Positions 19,603 through 29,026 of a stretch of 64,000 nt of DNA are shown piece after piece; position 1 is the first letter of the stretch; every line of letters starts with the position of its first letter. Below the pieces are notes generated by a model. That model saw nothing but the letters and a program-made list of their open reading frames with translations, ran no database searches and had not been told where the DNA came from. Made by a program: the position numbers and the translations under genes. This DNA comes from Candidatus Hodarchaeota archaeon (GTDB taxonomy: Archaea > Asgardarchaeota > Heimdallarchaeia > Hodarchaeales > Hodarchaeaceae): positions 1 through 64,000 of the forward strand of contig JAEOTQ010000168.1 of the NCBI GenBank assembly GCA_016839785.1, written 5' to 3'.

Positions 19603-20415
19603 ATGAGTGTACACACCTCTTCGGTTTCTTCGAATAAATCTCAATTCCCTTTGGATGACGCTTTTTCAGAATGTGCCAAGATTTCCATCCCCGGGGATTC
19701 CTCTTTTCCCGAACGTCGTCCAATTCCTACTTATTTAAAGAGTTTAGATTATAAATGGAGAGGAGGATGGTTTTGGCAATGGCCAGTATTAATTGCTGGT
19801 CCAAAAGGGGCAGGAAAAAGCCTTTTTCTTGCACAATTGATTGCCTCTACTCTCTTAAGCTGTCGAAAGCCTTGGCAGGTTCTCTATTACGACTTTAATC
19901 TAGATTATCAAGCCCAACGCATTCTACGAGTGTTAAAAATGCGCTCTCAAACCGCTACTCCTGCCTCGTATCTTAGTCGAATTGACAAACTCACACTCCC
20001 CTCTAAGATTTGGAATGATTATTTCTTTTATCCTATAGTGAAGCATTCTATGCTTGCTACCTTAGTTCTTGATGGCTGGAATACTTTTTTCCCTTCTGTC
20101 GATGGATTGAGAGGTTTTGCAGAGATTGCTAGAAAAAAACAAATGGGCTTACTGGTGACTATGCGTGGTGATCTTGATGAGCTGCTTAAATCTACCCCCT
20201 GGACCTCCATTCCCTACTTCATGTATATCACCAAACAGAAACATAAACAGCACAGGATTCGTCTGTGGCAAAATTCCCCTACTAGTCAGATCTATGATCG
20301 TGTAGTGGAATTTAAAGGGTATTTTATAGAATTTCGATCAAAAAAGAAAGAAAAACAAGCTTCGAAGCCCCGCTTACTTACAGTTTATGGTGCTTCCCCT
20401 TCCACGAGGGATTAA
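19603..20415 (+). CDS. RecA/RadB-like P-loop ATPase (divergent)
   Basis: SLDYKWRGG (LD..L.GG-like), Walker A GPKGAGKS, VLYYD, Walker B TLVLDG. Confidence 0.7.
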   Translation: MSVHTSSVSSNKSQFPLDDAFSECAKISIPGDSSFPERRPIPTYLKSLDYKWRGGWFWQWPVLIAGPKGAGKSLFLAQLIASTLLSCRKPWQVLYYDFNLDYQAQRILRVLKMRSQTATPASYLSRIDKLTLPSKIWNDYFFYPIVKHSMLATLVLDGWNTFFPSVDGLRGFAEIARKKQMGLLVTMRGDLDELLKSTPWTSIPYFMYITKQKHKQHRIRLWQNSPTSQIYDRVVEFKGYFIEFRSKKKEKQASKPRLLTVYGASPSTRD

Positions 20416-20417
20416 CA

Positions 20418-22250
20418 ATATATTCAGAAGCTTTTCGTCTTTCTGCAGCGAGTTCGTCATTTTCTGACCACGATTTACCCTCTGAAATTCGTGCTCACTT
20501 TCCGTTTCCCTCTTTTCGTCCTGGTCAGGCACAGGTCTTAGCTTTAATCGCTGCTAATCCACGGATAGCTATCAATGCGTATACAGGTTTTGGCAAATCG
20601 GTGATTGCTTTTGCTGCGCTTTGGGAGCAAATGAAAAGCGGTGATTATCAGTTATGGTGTTTTTCCAAGACCAAAGCACAGCTTCGTTCGGTTTTTCTCA
20701 AGACCCTGAAACAATTCTATAGTCATCCTCCCGCTGATCAACTTACTCTTCTTCCTCTGATCGCCAGTAAAGATCTTTGCCCTTTATCTCACGAGGCGGA
20801 ATGTTTTCATTGTTCCCAGAAAAAACGAACTCGTTTTTCATCACTTAAGACTTTAAAGGAGGTTCTTCCCCATCTTACTCTTGCTCAATGCCCGAATACT
20901 TTTGATGGTTTTCGACAGCTTTTATCTCCTTATGGTTGTCCCGCCCAGGTTATTAGACGGTTGCTCCCCCAAATAAACATCATTTTATTACCTCAGGGAT
21001 ATCTCGAATCTCAGCAGTTACGCTTTTCATTAACTAAGTTCTTTTGGAATGCTTATTATTTTGGGTTTCGTTGGAGTCACCGTTTCGCCATTATCGATGA
21101 AACACATAATTTCGGACCCACAATTGAAGCAGAGGTTAATAGGGATCATCTCGATCGTGTTCAATCCATAGGAGCCTTTCCCGTTGTGGAAACTCTGCAG
21201 AACTTGTGTCAAAAACGTTTAGGTAGAGTCACTCGGCCTCTTACCACGGATCGTACCCAGGCAGTCAAAATCGACTCTTTTCTTCAGCAAAAAGGTATTC
21301 GTCATTCTCTTTCACCTGAGGATCTTGCTGCTTTCCATGCCGTCCGAACCTTCCTTCTTCGTAAAGGTCAATATTGGGTTCATACTAAGGAGGGATTAGT
21401 CCAGTTCGATCCTTTTCCAAAGCAAATCTTTGAGTATGTCAATCGACACTTTTCCCGAACGATTCTATTTTCTGCTACTTTTCAGTATCTCAAATACTAT
21501 TCCCATTATTATGGTCTGAAACAACCTTGGAATGTGTATCATTTACATAATGTAAAAACCCCTAAAGCTCGAATCCGTCAGTTGTTGATAACGGCTCTAA
21601 TAAGTCCCCAGATTAGTAGTTCTCAGCGCAATCGGACATCAACTTTGCTTAAATGGTGCGCTCAAACCATTAAAGATATTGCTTTAGAAATTCCAGACCA
21701 TACTTGGGTTTTTGTCCCCTCGTATGAATTCTTGGAGGAACTTTATCCGCTTGTTCAAGACCAATTGTCTGAGACCATGTCTCTTTTCCATGAACCCAGA
21801 AAAGGGCAGATTCCCTTCCTCTCTGAGTTAATCTCTGGTCCTCCGAGTGTGGTTATAGCGGTTTATGGGGGAAAATTCAGTGAGGGTGTGGAGGTTCGTC
21901 ATCCCAAAACAGGTCGAAGTCGGGTACGGATGGTTATCTTAGTTGGATTACCCTTTCCAGCCCCAACACCTGAATATAGATTGCTATTTAATCTCTATCT
22001 TCGTTGCTATCGACATCTTCACTTTGTTAAGTGGACGTTAATTGAACGTCATCTCTATACACAGGTTCGACAATGTCTTGGACGGGCCATTCGCTCTGAA
22101 GCTGATCAAGCCACAGGTCTGATTCTTGACTATCGAGCGTTTTATAATCGTCATCATCTCCCCAACTTGCGTATGTTTCGGTATTTTGATGATTTAAAAT
22201 CATTTCTTCATCGTCGTTTTCGCCAATTGAAAGAATATGACAATTTTTGA
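20418..22250 (+). CDS. XPD/Rad3/DinG-family SF2 helicase; no canonical start upstream of Walker A
   Basis: The frame is open from 20316 and encodes the Q motif FPFPSFRPGQ and Walker A AYTGFGKS upstream of the ORF-track GTG (20601). Also Fe-S-type Cys cluster, DETH, SAT, PSY, GKFSEGV, GLPFP, QCLGRAIR..D, LILDYR. Confidence 0.85.
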   Translation: MYSEAFRLSAASSSFSDHDLPSEIRAHFPFPSFRPGQAQVLALIAANPRIAINAYTGFGKSVIAFAALWEQMKSGDYQLWCFSKTKAQLRSVFLKTLKQFYSHPPADQLTLLPLIASKDLCPLSHEAECFHCSQKKRTRFSSLKTLKEVLPHLTLAQCPNTFDGFRQLLSPYGCPAQVIRRLLPQINIILLPQGYLESQQLRFSLTKFFWNAYYFGFRWSHRFAIIDETHNFGPTIEAEVNRDHLDRVQSIGAFPVVETLQNLCQKRLGRVTRPLTTDRTQAVKIDSFLQQKGIRHSLSPEDLAAFHAVRTFLLRKGQYWVHTKEGLVQFDPFPKQIFEYVNRHFSRTILFSATFQYLKYYSHYYGLKQPWNVYHLHNVKTPKARIRQLLITALISPQISSSQRNRTSTLLKWCAQTIKDIALEIPDHTWVFVPSYEFLEELYPLVQDQLSETMSLFHEPRKGQIPFLSELISGPPSVVIAVYGGKFSEGVEVRHPKTGRSRVRMVILVGLPFPAPTPEYRLLFNLYLRCYRHLHFVKWTLIERHLYTQVRQCLGRAIRSEADQATGLILDYRAFYNRHHLPNLRMFRYFDDLKSFLHRRFRQLKEYDNF

Positions 22251-22343
22251 GATACTTTGGGGAGGGAGCTGTCAAAAATCTACTCGTCTATTGAAGTACA
22301 AAGTTTCAACTTTTAATTTCTTGGATTGTTTCGCAAAAATTTA

Positions 22344-22409
22344 CGAAATCGCTACAAAGAGCTTGTGCGCAAGCTGAGTATCGAGATTACCGTGTAGACG
22401 GTATCTCCT
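22344..22409 (+). repeat. tfb 3'-end direct repeat, copy 2
   Basis: Five mismatches to copy 1; the four in coding positions are synonymous. Confidence 0.95.
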
Positions 22410-23295
22410 TTATTTTTTTCTTTTTTCGGCGAGTGGAGAGACTGTGTGTACAAATAATTAGTGCTATTGTGATTAATAAGTGATCTATAGAAGTAGTAAG
22501 ATTTATTGAGGGAGTTTCTGTTGGTTTTTCTATTTTGATGTCCCAATGATAAATCATTCCATTCCCATTTAAGTCCAGAAAATGAGTAAATAGAGTATAA
22601 CTACCATTAGGGTAATTTTGACTAGCTATGTGAATTTCAAAAGTGTACGCAACTGTCTTAGGGCCTGTGTACTCTAAATTTGTTTTTAATTCTATATCAG
22701 ATTCAAAAAAAGTTTCTGTAGATTGTTTTAAAGTCACGGAGGCTTCTTTAATGTCATTATTTGTCTCAACAGATCCATTAATTGTAATATTTCCCATCCA
22801 GATTTGATTATCTTTGATTCCACTAAATGTTGCTTCTGGATATTCTTCTAATGAGGCATCATAGACAATAGTTCTTAATTTTACATTACAATAGAGATCT
22901 CCGTCTCCATACGCATCTTCTGAAGCTATTGTGAAATCTTTTTCTTCTTCCACACTCATGCCCACAATTGCTTCTTTGAACTTGAGGAGATAACTTGCAC
23001 TTGCATCTGGATACAATACGAGGATATTTCCAGGCACTATATCATTAGTAGCAAGGTATACATTGTTCAAAGAGTTAATGGTGTCTGAATGTACGGAATT
23101 TTCTTCTCTCGTAAAAGAAAAGTCTACATTCACTATATCTCCCCAGTTTGCAGTTACTTCCATACCCCTAGCAGTATATCCAATCACCCAAATATTAAAT
23201 AGAACGATAACAACTAAGATTATCTTCCTTGACTTCAAGTTGTTTCCCACCTTCATCACTATCTTATTTTTGTTAAACTGTTCTAATAAAACCAT
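22387..23295 (-). CDS. Secreted FKBP-type PPIase-like + Ig-like protein with C-terminal TM anchor
   Basis: N-terminal TM/signal, WGDIVNVDF, FKEAIVGMSVEEEKDFTI..EDAYG (FKBP/SlyD-like), YPNGSYTL Ig-like strand, TM followed by RRKKKK. Confidence 0.65.
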   Translation of the reverse strand: MVLLEQFNKNKIVMKVGNNLKSRKIILVVIVLFNIWVIGYTARGMEVTANWGDIVNVDFSFTREENSVHSDTINSLNNVYLATNDIVPGNILVLYPDASASYLLKFKEAIVGMSVEEEKDFTIASEDAYGDGDLYCNVKLRTIVYDASLEEYPEATFSGIKDNQIWMGNITINGSVETNNDIKEASVTLKQSTETFFESDIELKTNLEYTGPKTVAYTFEIHIASQNYPNGSYTLFTHFLDLNGNGMIYHWDIKIEKPTETPSINLTTSIDHLLITIALIICTHSLSTRRKKKKIKEIPSTR

Positions 23296-23389
23296 TCATC
23301 AATCATTCTACCTAGATTCAAATGCTATTTTCTGAATATTAGATATAAAGTGAAATATTAGATTATCAACATTACTAAGATAACCATGT

Positions 23390-23454
23390 GAAATCGCTAC
23401 AAAGAGCTTGTACGCAAGCTTAGTACCGAGATCACCGTATAGACGGGATCTCCT
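23390..23454 (+). repeat. tfb 3'-end direct repeat, copy 3
   Basis: gaaatcgctacaaagagcttgtacgcaagcttagtaccgagatcaccgtatagacgggatctcct. Seven mismatches to copy 1, one non-synonymous (I>T). Confidence 0.93.
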
Positions 23455-23751
23455 ATCTTTTTTCTTTTAATGTTTCACGAATTCGGGTACCAATAAATCT
23501 AATTTCATATTATTACATAGAGCGTTATCTGCTATTTTTTTTGCGTATCCATGGAAATTAATGAGATTTATTTTAATCTTTATGGAGCTAGAATAAATTC
23601 TGAGGTTTTTAATCCCTCTAACTGTTCTAAAGGGAATGATCCCCTCCCCTTGCGTGATATCTGGTGCAGGTATCCTCTCTCTTATTAACTAATTAATTAG
23701 TATTTTTCCTATCTTTATGACTAAGCGAATATAAACAAAATGTGATTTTAT

Positions 23752-24372
23752 ATGTTCATTTCAGAAATTTTTTCAAACCGAATTGGAAATCGGGAAGCCC
23801 TTGGATTTTTTCTTTTTATTGGGCCTCTCCAATTTATTCTAAGTGTGTTGATTGCCGAAGGAATGGCTGAATCGTATGATTCAGGTCTTCATTATGTCAG
23901 TTCCTTGGGCGTGGGAGCAACGGCCAATCTTTTCAACACTTCAGTCCTTATCCTCGGAATTTGTATTTTATTAGGAACATACTTTTTTCATCTAGAATAT
24001 CCAGAACGAATACCTACAGTGTTTTTACTACTCACTGCCCTTTCTGCCGTTGGTGTGGGGGTATTTCCTGAGGATGCTCCTCCCTTTCATGGCATTTTTA
24101 CAGGATTTGTATTTTTGTTTGCAGCGATCTTTTTAATTTCAATTATCAAGGTAAACCGATCTTTACCTCTTATTTCTCTCTCTATATTGGGAGGTGTGAT
24201 TCTAATTGCAAGTCTTCTCTTCCTTCCCTATCTCGGTTTGGATGTTGAAGATCCCACAAAATTCCTAGGTTTTATGAAAGGTACATTAGAACGATTCATT
24301 ATATATCCCACCCTATCAGGATTTCTTATTCTCAGTGGCTATCTCAGTAGAAGCACAGACACGAAAGTTTAG
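23752..24372 (+). CDS. DUF998-like membrane protein
   Basis: YD...HYVSSLG, FN, GVGVFPED..PFH, G.LER; about 5 TM helices. Confidence 0.75.
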   Translation: MFISEIFSNRIGNREALGFFLFIGPLQFILSVLIAEGMAESYDSGLHYVSSLGVGATANLFNTSVLILGICILLGTYFFHLEYPERIPTVFLLLTALSAVGVGVFPEDAPPFHGIFTGFVFLFAAIFLISIIKVNRSLPLISLSILGGVILIASLLFLPYLGLDVEDPTKFLGFMKGTLERFIIYPTLSGFLILSGYLSRSTDTKV

Positions 24373-24493
24373 ACGTCTGGTGGCTATTTTTCTTTTTTTT
24401 GTTACATCTCGTTCTGAGATTTTATTATAAATCTCAAGATCGAAAGGAATTTTGCGAATTTCTGACTAACTTAGCAAACGAGATGAATTTATC

Positions 24494-24964
24494 TTGGATA
24501 TCCTCATACGAGAATTAACAAAAGAAGATTTTGATGGGATAAAAAGAATTTTTGCTGAATCGTTTAAGTATCATGAACAAATTGATTCAATATTTGCCTC
24601 TAGTGAAGGTGCGGATCAAATCTGGATAGATTATATTGACACGATTTACCAACAAGATGACATCCAAGTTTATATTGCGATATTAGATGACGATATTGTT
24701 GGTTACTGCGTTGGTCAAATTCTTGATAAACCACCAGTATTTAAAATGAGGAGAATTGGACAAATCAATAATATTGCAGTCAAAGAGGGCCATAAACAAC
24801 ATGGGGTTGGACAATTATTATTTGAGAAAATAAAAGGATGGTTTGACACCCAAAATGTATGTCATATTGAACTGTCGGCTGCAACAAATAATCCTCAATC
24901 TTTAGCGTTTTGGAGCAAAATGGGGGGGAGAGAATTCATGAAAACGATGATTATTACGATTTGA
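24494..24964 (+). CDS. GNAT acetyltransferase
   Basis: IVGY, IAVKEGHKQHGVGQLL motif A, N..SLAFWSKMG. Confidence 0.85.
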   Translation: MDILIRELTKEDFDGIKRIFAESFKYHEQIDSIFASSEGADQIWIDYIDTIYQQDDIQVYIAILDDDIVGYCVGQILDKPPVFKMRRIGQINNIAVKEGHKQHGVGQLLFEKIKGWFDTQNVCHIELSAATNNPQSLAFWSKMGGREFMKTMIITI

Positions 24965-25024
24965 ATTTTTACTTAAGAAAGTGGGTAAGAAAAATTTGTG
25001 AAAAGAAGAATCTCTCTTCACTAA

Positions 25025-25612
25025 TTAAGAAAGGACTTGGTCAACCTCAGGACGAGTGAGGACATACAGACTAAAAATACCAAATATTGTTCCCATAGGC
25101 ATAGCAAGTAGGCTAAGCGCGCTAATCAGGATTGATCCAGAGTGGCCATTTTTCCGATAATTCATTAACCGACGGCCATTGACGATTGCTAGAATTCCGT
25201 AGATTAAGATAAATAGGGCTATAAACCCGAGAACAAGCATGATGAACAGGAAAATTCCATAAGAGTTTTCGAGAGAGTCTGCGGGTACAGAAGACATTTC
25301 TCCAAATAGATCAGGCATGGAAACCATAGTATCTTCAGAGAAAAACGCTGGCATTAATACCGCAACCAGGACAAGTATACCAGAAATAAATAAAGCGAAC
25401 ACTCCGAAGATTGCTTCTACTATTCCAATCACTTGAATATATCCTCTGTATTCATTTACACGTGATTTTGGAGCATCGTAAGCCGAATACATTTGTGAGG
25501 AATACTTTGATCCACATTCTTGGCAAAAGAGATCCTCGTTGCCTCCAGTAGATCCACAATTAGGACAGATTTTTTTTGACATGATGAGATTCATCCTCCA
25601 ATTATACTTCAA
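25025..25612 (-). CDS. Zinc-ribbon membrane protein
   Basis: CPNCG/FCQECG, TM helices, PMGTIFGIFSLYVL. Confidence 0.75.
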   Translation of the reverse strand: MKYNWRMNLIMSKKICPNCGSTGGNEDLFCQECGSKYSSQMYSAYDAPKSRVNEYRGYIQVIGIVEAIFGVFALFISGILVLVAVLMPAFFSEDTMVSMPDLFGEMSSVPADSLENSYGIFLFIMLVLGFIALFILIYGILAIVNGRRLMNYRKNGHSGSILISALSLLAMPMGTIFGIFSLYVLTRPEVDQVLS

Positions 25613-25812
25613 TAAAGGACATTTGCAGGAAAAACTATATCTGAGACTTATTTAAGAATTAAGAATGTGGCGAAATTGCTGATTCAGAGATTCCACAGGA
25701 TCACCTAGTAAATTCACTTCCGATCCGATCATGAATCTTAAATCAGTAACTGGTTTATTATAAGAAAGAATTCAAGATCTTTCTTCAATAATTTCCTTTC
25801 AACCAGAATATA

Positions 25813-27345
25813 CTATACTTCGATTTCTATATTTGGTTTCTTCTGTTGTTCCGTTTTAGATGCCAACCGTGCACGCGCCTGAGCCCAAGTACGTAATGCG
25901 GTAATATCTTCTTTCATTAATCGGGATAGAGGAACCATATCTTCAAGAGCATTCATGATGTCCGTGGTTTCGACTTCACGATCATCAGAAAATGCATCAA
26001 ACATAGCTGTGATGAGAGTTTGCTCGATTTCTGCTCCAGAGTAGCCTTTACTTAATCCAACTAGTGTTCTTATATCAAACTTCTCTATTTCACGCCCTCT
26101 TTTCTTGATATGAATAGAAAATATATCTTCACGTTCCTTCGGGGAAGGTAAGTCCAGAAAGAAGATTTCATCAAATCTACCTTTTCTCATGAGTTCAGGC
26201 GGTAATTGATTTACATTATTTGCCGTTGCAATAACAAAAACAGGTTTTTTCTTCTCTTGTAACCATGTAATAAAAGTACCAAACACTCTGCTTGTGGTAC
26301 CCGCATCGGTGAGATTACTGGATTGTACCCCTGCAAATCCCTTCTCTATCTCATCAATCCATAAAATAGAAGGAGAAACTGATTCAGCAGTTTTTATTGC
26401 CTGTCGAATATTCCGTTCACTCTCCCCAACAACTCCACCAAAAACTTTTCCGACGTCAAATCTTAACAAAGGCAATTTCCATAATGATGCCACCGCCTGG
26501 GCAGTAAGTGATTTTCCTGTTCCAGGGATTCCAATTAACATCAGACCAGAGGGAAAAGGTAATCCATATTCTCTCGCTTTTTCAGTAAAACCTCGATTAC
26601 GAATACTCAACCACTCTTTCAGATGTTCTAACCCTCCAATATTATCAAAATGTTCATTCGAGTGATAATACTCAAGTATTCCTGACTTTCGAATAATTTG
26701 TTCTTTTTCTTGAATTATAATTGCAGGATCAAACCGTTTAACTTCAACAAGTGATTTTGCAAAGACATTTTCTGCTTCATCCACGGTGAGTCCGAGTGCA
26801 GATTTTAGAACAGCTTCTCTTTCTTCCTCCGTTAAACTGACATCGACTCGGGGATTCATTTTTAATGGTTCAATAATCCCCTCTAGCACCGTATCTAGTA
26901 ATTCTAATGTTGGAAAATTAAAATCAACTACATTAATCATTTTTTCTAATTCAATTGGTACTTCTAAGACTGGAGAAACAAGAATACATGTTTTTTTCAA
27001 GTTACTCAAATGAATTTTTAGGTCACGAAGTTTTCGAATAACTACTGGATCTTTCATAAAAGGATGAAAGTCTTTTAACATGAAAATTGCTGGTCTCTGG
27101 TAATCAGTAATGTACGTTAACGCAGCAAAAGGATCCACTGCTTCTCCATCAAGTTTTCTTCCAGAAAAGTCCGAAAACCCTTCAGTTGTACTCCAGATGA
27201 TTAATTGCTTTTCTGCCCTCACAGCTAGTGCATTCAACATAACAGCCACCCTTTCTTCTTCCCAGGTGGTGATATAGATGAGAGGATACCGTGCGCGAAT
27301 TAGAACATCTACTTTTTTCTGTTGGTCTTCACTTACTTCTTTCAT
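25813..27345 (-). CDS. Ycf46-like AAA+ ATPase
   Basis: [53 protein letters not shown]. Probable ATG at 27345 after a GGTGA SD (ORF track starts at 27402). Confidence 0.88.
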   Translation of the reverse strand: MKEVSEDQQKKVDVLIRARYPLIYITTWEEERVAVMLNALAVRAEKQLIIWSTTEGFSDFSGRKLDGEAVDPFAALTYITDYQRPAIFMLKDFHPFMKDPVVIRKLRDLKIHLSNLKKTCILVSPVLEVPIELEKMINVVDFNFPTLELLDTVLEGIIEPLKMNPRVDVSLTEEEREAVLKSALGLTVDEAENVFAKSLVEVKRFDPAIIIQEKEQIIRKSGILEYYHSNEHFDNIGGLEHLKEWLSIRNRGFTEKAREYGLPFPSGLMLIGIPGTGKSLTAQAVASLWKLPLLRFDVGKVFGGVVGESERNIRQAIKTAESVSPSILWIDEIEKGFAGVQSSNLTDAGTTSRVFGTFITWLQEKKKPVFVIATANNVNQLPPELMRKGRFDEIFFLDLPSPKEREDIFSIHIKKRGREIEKFDIRTLVGLSKGYSGAEIEQTLITAMFDAFSDDREVETTDIMNALEDMVPLSRLMKEDITALRTWAQARARLASKTEQQKKPNIEIEV

Positions 27346-27370
27346 TGAGATCACCTGACCAAACATGAGG

Positions 27371-27577
27371 TTATCGTCGAGTTGTAATCCGAGTAGTGGC
27401 ATCTACGGGATGTTCATAGTAATCTCTTTTGAAATCTCTCTTGGCAACCTCACCGAGCGCCTCGTCAAGGAATTTGGTTGTTTCTGTACAAGATTTTCCC
27501 TTTACTCCATTCACTGAGTAGGAAACGTTCCCTTTTTCATCAATAGTAATTTCTAATTCAATATTGTCAGTACTCAT
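27371..27577 (-). CDS. DUF2997-like small protein
   Basis: ITIDEKGNV..VNGVKGKSC..T..L.EALG motif; ATGA overlap with the upstream gene. Confidence 0.8.
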   Translation of the reverse strand: MSTDNIELEITIDEKGNVSYSVNGVKGKSCTETTKFLDEALGEVAKRDFKRDYYEHPVDATTRITTRR

Positions 27578-27975
27578 TGTCCTATCCATCCTCGTTTGAC
27601 GACAAGTAATTTGATTTCTCCGACTTCGTTGATATAGCGGGATCTAATACGATACCCTTTCTTTCTAAGCTCAGTTAACACTTTGGTAACAGCATATTCT
27701 TTCTGGATTTCATTTGCGAAAACTTGTCGATTCTTTCCAATAGCTGCTTCTGCGCCATACCAATCCGCTAGGATCTGATAAGAAGAATCTTTAGCTTTAA
27801 TAAATCCTACATCAAATTCTCCTTTCGTCTTAATAACAATGTCCCCTTTTCGGGTTCTTCGGTTATACCCTCGGATCGTTGAGTCCTCTTCTACTGTATA
27901 TTGTAGATTTTCAAGGGTTTTCAATAGACAGTGTCTATCAGTGATTTTTGTTTTTAGTTTAGTGAAATGAGACAT
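27574..27975 (-). CDS. DUF1257/Ycf35-like protein
   Basis: MSHFTKLKTKI, RGY, DVGF, ADWYG, YA motifs. Confidence 0.82.
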   Translation of the reverse strand: MSHFTKLKTKITDRHCLLKTLENLQYTVEEDSTIRGYNRRTRKGDIVIKTKGEFDVGFIKAKDSSYQILADWYGAEAAIGKNRQVFANEIQKEYAVTKVLTELRKKGYRIRSRYINEVGEIKLLVVKRGWIGQ

Positions 27976-28397
27976 ATTTTTCTTTCTCCTCAAATTGTTA
28001 CAATCAATAGAAGTCTCATAGGGATTGATAAATTCAGAGAGGCACTGAGTTAGGTTGAAGATTATACTCTGTAAGAGAAGTTCTGCATTATTTCCCTGAA
28101 GCGTTCAAAGTACGAAAAATTGCTTCACGATAAAGAGATCCAACAATCAATCTCTATCTCTACCCATGTAACACGGGAAATAAATAGCAAAGAATGAAGA
28201 ATTAATGGTTTTGGAAAAATCTGGTCATTTTCACTGACCTCTCCTATTGATGGCGCACATGGGGCCACCATTCCCCCCCCACACCCACCCTCTTATCAAA
28301 TATCTTGGAACTATTTAAATAAAATGAAAATAGATTCTTTTGACGCTTCATTAGAAAAAAGACCCATGTAACGAGGAGTCGAAGGAGAAGATAAGGG

Positions 28398-28598
28398 ATG
28401 AGCACACAGAAACGTGATCAAAAAGGAAGGTTTACTTCAGAAAATCCAAAGAAATTAATCATGAGAGTAACTATCGAAGAAAAACAGCTTATCGAAAAAT
28501 TTCGTCAAATTCAGCCCTCGAAAAATTCTACAAGTAGTCAGTCCCTGAAGGAACTTCAAACACTGATTCGAAAACGAGTTAATAACCTTGAGTTATGA
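28398..28598 (+). CDS. Small basic protein, possibly RHH-type DNA-binding
   Basis: RDQKGRF and LIMRVTIEEKQLIE; preceded by a GGAG SD. Confidence 0.45.
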   Translation: MSTQKRDQKGRFTSENPKKLIMRVTIEEKQLIEKFRQIQPSKNSTSSQSLKELQTLIRKRVNNLEL

Positions 28599-29026
28599 GC
28601 TTTGAATGGATCATCTCACGAAGGTGTTGTACCTCACTGGGAATAGTGGATCAGTAGATATTCCCTCTCAACAATAAAGTTTACCTTTGGTTTGAGCAAT
28701 TGAGAGCTCTTCCAGTTTAGAATGAATCCATGTGATAATTATTATTTTGATAGAAGGGTCTTTTTATAGTACGTGAGGGCAGTTCCGAATTTGACAAGCT
28801 CATTTTCGGAATATCGCTATTTTTTCCGAAATCTCTCGTTGATTTTCGGGAGCTTATAAAGAAAGCCAACCGATAGAGAGTGAAAATGACAAGATACAAT
28901 GAATTTCGATTTTCTGTTAACTAGGGAATTTTCAGGAAGAATAAGAAGTTTTACTAAGGGAAGACTACATTTCTTAAGTAATATGCAGTGATGAAAAATA
29001 TAAGCTCATAGATAAATCTGTAATTT

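Larger units (their letters stand above)
16364..22409. mobile_element. About 6-kb element inserted at the tfb 3' end
   Basis: Bounded by 66-bp direct repeats (61/66 identical). Cargo has visibly atypical composition. Encodes a LAGLIDADG protein, a RecA-like ATPase and an XPD helicase. No integrase recognised. Confidence 0.8.

Noticed and set aside
20418-22250. Type IV CRISPR-associated DinG (Csf4)
   Set aside because: No csf/cas genes or array nearby; the motifs fit a generic XPD/Rad3 helicase.
16364-23454. CRISPR array or integron attC interpretation of the 65-bp repeats
   Set aside because: Spacing is 1-6 kb, the repeats are tfb coding sequence, and there are no cas or intI genes or attC-like palindromes.
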